DNA of 64,000 nucleotides from Myxococcales bacterium (GTDB lineage Bacteria; Myxococcota_A; Polyangia; Polyangiales; DASUME01): NCBI GenBank assembly GCA_047601445.1, contig JASGJH010000001.1, positions 2,848,001 to 2,912,000 of the forward strand, read 5' to 3'. Shown piece by piece: positions 60,051 to 64,000 of this stretch (position 1 is its first letter; each line of letters starts with the position of its first letter). The notes under the pieces were generated by a model. It saw only the letters and a program-made list of their open reading frames with translations, ran no database searches and was not told where the DNA came from. The position numbers and the translations under genes were made by a program.

Positions 60051-60839
60051 CTAGAGGAACTCGCGCATGGCGGCCGCGATGGAAGCCGGCGCGCTCAGGT
60101 GCGGGCAATGGCCGATGTTCTGGATGATCTTCAGGGTGCTGTCGGGCATCGCACGATGCATGTAGTGGCCGACTTGAATGGGCGCGATGATGTCGTCCGA
60201 GCACTGGAGGAGCAGGGAGCGCGTCTTCAACTTGGGTAGGTCCGCGCGGTTGTCCGAGAGGAAGGTCACGTGCGCAAAGTGTTTGGCGATCTCCGGATCC
60301 GTCGCGCAGAAGCTGTTGGTGAGCTCCTGGCCGAGCTGCGGTTGATCGGGCGCCCCCATGATTGAAGGGGCCATCGAGCTGGCCCAGCCGAGATAGTTCG
60401 AATCGAGCGTGTCGAGCAAGGCGTCGATATCGGCACGACTGAACCCGCCCACGTAGTCCCCTTCGTTTACGTAGCAGGGCGACGGGCCGATCATGACGTG
60501 TGCCGAGAAACGACCAGGCGCCGCGATCCCCGCCAACAGACCGATCATCGCGCTCACCGAGTGCCCGACGAATACGACAGGGCCACAGTCCAGCTCGTCG
60601 AGGATCTCCAATACGTCGTAGGCGTGCCCTCGCAGCGAGCCATACTTCTGGCGATCGTACGCGCTCAAGTCCGACTTCCCACAACCGACCAAATCGAACA
60701 GGATCATGCGGTAGCGATCCGCGAACTCAGGGAGCAGCAAGCGCCACATGTTCTGGTCGCATCCATAACCGTGGGCGAACACCATCGGCTGCTTCCCGAC
60801 GCCAAGCACTTGCACGTGGTTGCGACGCTGCGCGGACAC
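60051..60839 (-). CDS. rsbQ: RsbQ-like alpha/beta hydrolase
   Basis: FAHGYGCDQNMW, GHSVS, IGPSPCY, GHCPHLSAP; directly upstream of the PAS kinase. Confidence 0.85.
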   Translation of the reverse strand: MSAQRRNHVQVLGVGKQPMVFAHGYGCDQNMWRLLLPEFADRYRMILFDLVGCGKSDLSAYDRQKYGSLRGHAYDVLEILDELDCGPVVFVGHSVSAMIGLLAGIAAPGRFSAHVMIGPSPCYVNEGDYVGGFSRADIDALLDTLDSNYLGWASSMAPSIMGAPDQPQLGQELTNSFCATDPEIAKHFAHVTFLSDNRADLPKLKTRSLLLQCSDDIIAPIQVGHYMHRAMPDSTLKIIQNIGHCPHLSAPASIAAAMREFL

Positions 60840-60978
60840 CGGCCCTTCCTCCGAGTGGCTGCCGATCATCATCGTGAAAGCTGTCGCTCTTCGTGGCAAG
60901 GCGTCGCGCCGACCGAGAAGCAAGGCTCAGATGTGCCTTCTGAGGCAGGTCTGTTCGGCGACGTTCCGTCTGCAGCGA

Positions 60979-62016
60979 CTAGAGATGCTTCGTGAACCAG
61001 GCGGCGATCTCCTCTGGCGCCACGTCGAGCCATTGATGGCTGGCGTTCGGATCTTCCACGAACTTCGTCTCGAAGCCCTCGGCCTTCAGCTCTGCCTCGT
61101 AGGCGCGAGCCGTGTCGATCCCGACGGTCACATCCGCTCCACCGTGCAGGAACATGGTTGGAGGGTGATCCTTGGGTAGCGGCTTGGGGATCGAGCACAC
61201 GGGCCCGAGGCATGTGGCATAGGAACCAGACTGAATGGCCAGCGCTCTGAACTTGCCGGGATAGGAGACGGCCATTCGACTCGTCATGTAGCCTCCGCTG
61301 GAGATTCCCGTCGCGAACACGCGGCTCATGTCGACGGGACCGAAGACGCCAGCCTCGAGCTTCTCCAAGATGCCCTTGATGAACCCGTAGTCCGGGGTGC
61401 CCTCGAAATCGGCGCCAGAGTTGGTCGTCCATGCGAGTCCTGCCAACGCCTCGGGTTGCAGCACCACGAATCCCTGGTCCAGAAGCTTGGCGACCAAGGC
61501 AACTTGGAAGTAGCCGCCAAAAGGAGTCAGCGTCGTGAGGTCGACGCCCCACGTCACGGTGGGGCCGAAGAAAGAGCCCTGGTAGAGGATGACTGCCGGA
61601 TAGCCTCCGGGTGGCGCGTTCCTCACAGGCTTTGCCCAGAACACGCTGCGGTCAGTCACGCTGACCACGGGCTGCGAGTCGCAGCGCGCCGCGTCGGGCG
61701 TGACGGTGCAGGCTCCTCTTCCACTGGCCACCATGGCATCTGGGGCATGTGGAGACATGCCGCCATCGGTCAATGGAAACTCGTCCGTGTCTCCGCCCCC
61801 GCCGTCGTTGTCGCCTTCTGCGCCGCGAACGTCGCCGTCGCCTTCGTCGTCGCCATCACCGACGGTTGCCGGGTCTTGCTCTCGGCCGTTGCCAGCGTCC
61901 GTGCTTTCCCAGGGGCCTGGTCGACGCGTGTCGCCTCCGGCTTCCTCAGCGCACGCTGCGGCGGAGAGTCCGAGGCACAAGATGACCCAGATCTTTCGAT
62001 AAGAGGAGCAAAGCAT
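60979..62016 (-). CDS. Lipoprotein esterase resembling extracellular mcl-PHA depolymerases
   Basis: LSAAA-C lipobox; PPGGYPAVILYQGS, TGISSGGYMTSRM, PPTMFLHGGAD, SHQW. Confidence 0.75.
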   Translation of the reverse strand: MLCSSYRKIWVILCLGLSAAACAEEAGGDTRRPGPWESTDAGNGREQDPATVGDGDDEGDGDVRGAEGDNDGGGGDTDEFPLTDGGMSPHAPDAMVASGRGACTVTPDAARCDSQPVVSVTDRSVFWAKPVRNAPPGGYPAVILYQGSFFGPTVTWGVDLTTLTPFGGYFQVALVAKLLDQGFVVLQPEALAGLAWTTNSGADFEGTPDYGFIKGILEKLEAGVFGPVDMSRVFATGISSGGYMTSRMAVSYPGKFRALAIQSGSYATCLGPVCSIPKPLPKDHPPTMFLHGGADVTVGIDTARAYEAELKAEGFETKFVEDPNASHQWLDVAPEEIAAWFTKHL

Positions 62017-62093
62017 AAAGGTACCTTTCAATAGGGTGCTGTTCAGGGATCGGACAACGGGAGATCGTTTGGCGGCCGCAACGGCGCGTCGGA

Positions 62094-63362
62094 CTAGGGC
62101 CCGAAAACCGGTTCGAGGGTGCCTTTCAGGTCGGCGGCGAGTTCGTCGCCACCCATGCCGAGCGCGCCTTCAATCGCCACGAACGCGGCGTAGCCACGCG
62201 GCTCATCGATCCAGGCCGCTGCTCCGTACATCCCTGGATCGAGGACCAGACCAGGCTGATCACGGCTCACCCACCATCCCATGCCGTACCCCGGAAAGAG
62301 GTCGTTCCCGGTCTCGCCGCCATACACTTCACCGATGCGATCTTCCCGCATCCGCTTCACTGCCGTCGGCGAGAGCACCTGCGCACGACCGCAGCGGCCG
62401 TCTCTCAAGTGCATGAGCAGGATCTTTCCGTAGTCACCCACTGTGACGTAAGCGCCGCCTTCGATGCTCGGATTCTTGGTGGTTGTCAGCGCGCTGATAT
62501 CGCCCTTGAAGAAGCCGGGATAGGCGATGACTCCGATCCCCAAGCCCTCGACGAACGACTGACCGAACTGGTTCTGGTATCCGAGAGACTCGGCTCCGCA
62601 GGGATCGACGTAGGTTTCTTCGACCAGGGTCCCCCACGACTTGCCGCTCACTTGTTCGGCGATACCTCCCGCGAGTTGCCACGCGCCACCACCGTAATGG
62701 AAAGCAGTGTCGGGATCGTCACGGTCCGCGACGTCGTTCGCAGCGTAGATTTCCTTGGCGCAGTCAGTCAGGGAAGAACCCACGAACTGGCACAGATAGG
62801 GGCCATAGAGCGGGTTATCCATCAGCCCTGTGAGCCCAGAGCTCATCGAGAGCAACTGCGCGACGGTGAGGCTCTCTTTGTTGCCCTGCCAATCCGTCAG
62901 GTAGTTGCGGAGCGGGCGGTCGAGGTCGATGAGGCCTTGGTCAGCGAGCCGAAGCAGGATTCCGACGCTCAAGATCTTGCTGCTGGACGCGATCAAGTAG
63001 AGTCGGTCCCGGTCGTACTCTCCATAGCCACGCGTATGGACCGCGCCGAAGTCGCGATGCACGACGACGGCGCTGGCACCGCGCAGGGAGTTGGCCTTCA
63101 GGAAGGCGTCGACCTGCTCGTCGAACGCGGTGAAATCGAAGGCAGGCACCTCCAAACCTGCGTCAGGCTCGGCTGGCGCAGGAACGTCGGCCCCTTCGGG
63201 AGGCGAAGCTGCCTCAGGCGTCTCTTCGGCGTCTGGGCCGCCAGCGTCGTCTGCAGCGCCTACTGGTTCGATCTCCATGGGCCGTGGGGCAGGCGACGCC
63301 TCGGGAGCGCAGGCAGACGCCGCGAGCCAAATCGGTGCAAAAAGACGGCTGAATCTGGGCAT
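62094..63362 (-). CDS. Serine hydrolase of the beta-lactamase/AmpC-like family, predicted lipoprotein
   Basis: IASSSK (SxxK), LTVAQLLSMSSGL, FHYG, YGMGWW. Confidence 0.88.
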   Translation of the reverse strand: MPRFSRLFAPIWLAASACAPEASPAPRPMEIEPVGAADDAGGPDAEETPEAASPPEGADVPAPAEPDAGLEVPAFDFTAFDEQVDAFLKANSLRGASAVVVHRDFGAVHTRGYGEYDRDRLYLIASSSKILSVGILLRLADQGLIDLDRPLRNYLTDWQGNKESLTVAQLLSMSSGLTGLMDNPLYGPYLCQFVGSSLTDCAKEIYAANDVADRDDPDTAFHYGGGAWQLAGGIAEQVSGKSWGTLVEETYVDPCGAESLGYQNQFGQSFVEGLGIGVIAYPGFFKGDISALTTTKNPSIEGGAYVTVGDYGKILLMHLRDGRCGRAQVLSPTAVKRMREDRIGEVYGGETGNDLFPGYGMGWWVSRDQPGLVLDPGMYGAAAWIDEPRGYAAFVAIEGALGMGGDELAADLKGTLEPVFGP

Positions 63363-63506
63363 GGTTTCCGCTTTCTCCGGAAGGGGAACCAGGACACCTT
63401 CACCCTGAAAAGGGCCGCCGTTCTTGACCGGCGGTGCCAATTCAGCGCGCTGCGTTGGCCGCGGGAGGGGAGTCCCGTTCGACCCGAGCTGCTTGGCGGT
63501 CAGCGC

Positions 63507-64000
63507 TCAGGTGCGCCGCTCGGCCCGTACCTGCCTGGGGGTCTTGCCGAACCAGCGGCGGAAGGCCCGGTTGAACGCGCTCTGCTCCGAGAAGCCGAGC
63601 AAGAGGGCCACGTCCACGAGCGACAGGTTGGGGGTCGCGATGAGATCGCTGGCCATCCGCCGACGAGTCGCATCGATGAGATCGCGATAGGTGAGGCCAT
63701 GCAACTCCAACCGACGCTGGAGCGTGCGAACCGACTGCCCCAGCGCGGCGGCCGTGCGATCGACGCTCGGAGGGCCCTCGCTCAAGTTCTGTGCGATGTG
63801 CTTTTGACAGCGTTGCAGCTCTGCGTCGTGGGGCGCAAAGAGGGCGTCGATGGACGCCATTCGCTCACGCGCTGCACACTCGAGGATCTCGCGTTGCCAG
63901 CAGTCGACGCTGCCAAGGACCACCTCGTCCAGCCCCGCGGGAAAGCAAGCGCGCAGCTCCGCCTGACGGTACGTGACATTCGGACCAAACACGCGGCACT
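63507..64000 (-). CDS. AraC family transcriptional regulator, 5'-truncated by window edge
   Basis: SVRTLQRRL...VALLLGFSEQSAFNRAFRRWFGKTP. Confidence 0.92.
   Translation of the reverse strand, partial: CRVFGPNVTYRQAELRACFPAGLDEVVLGSVDCWQREILECAARERMASIDALFAPHDAELQRCQKHIAQNLSEGPPSVDRTAAALGQSVRTLQRRLELHGLTYRDLIDATRRRMASDLIATPNLSLVDVALLLGFSEQSAFNRAFRRWFGKTPRQVRAERRT

Overview
High-GC window whose gene content (giant TPR protein, several Ser/Thr kinases, Cys-rich lipoproteins, ECF sigma factors) points to a myxobacterium (inference). The standout is a ~20 kb array (12883-33225) of 12 paralogous 'mini-Rhs' genes. Each has its own start codon and Sec-type signal peptide, a conserved ~240-aa Rhs-associated core ending in the autoproteolytic NNP-x4-DPxG motif, and a unique ~140-200-aa C-terminal tip. 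There is no YD-repeat shell, no VgrG/PAAR gene and essentially no room for immunity genes. The core carries a conserved C-x6-C loop and a dockerin/EF-hand-like loop, and several copies share an upstream CTAG-N7-RTCCAR motif. The array is interrupted by a pseudokinase, a collapsed hybrid-kinase remnant and a GNAT gene, and is flanked by a Cache-domain Ser/Thr kinase plus hybrid histidine kinase pair. The rest is typical accessory content: TetR/SDR, AraC regulators, a lectin, a cytochrome c-copper monooxygenase, ECF42/DGPF, RIO kinase, a sulfatase, RsbQ/PAS kinase, a PHA-depolymerase-like esterase and a serine hydrolase. Several apparent frameshifts fall at or beside GATC sites and are probably sequencing artefacts. 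I recognised no rRNA, tRNA, CRISPR array or transposase. All family calls come from motif recognition by eye, not database searches.
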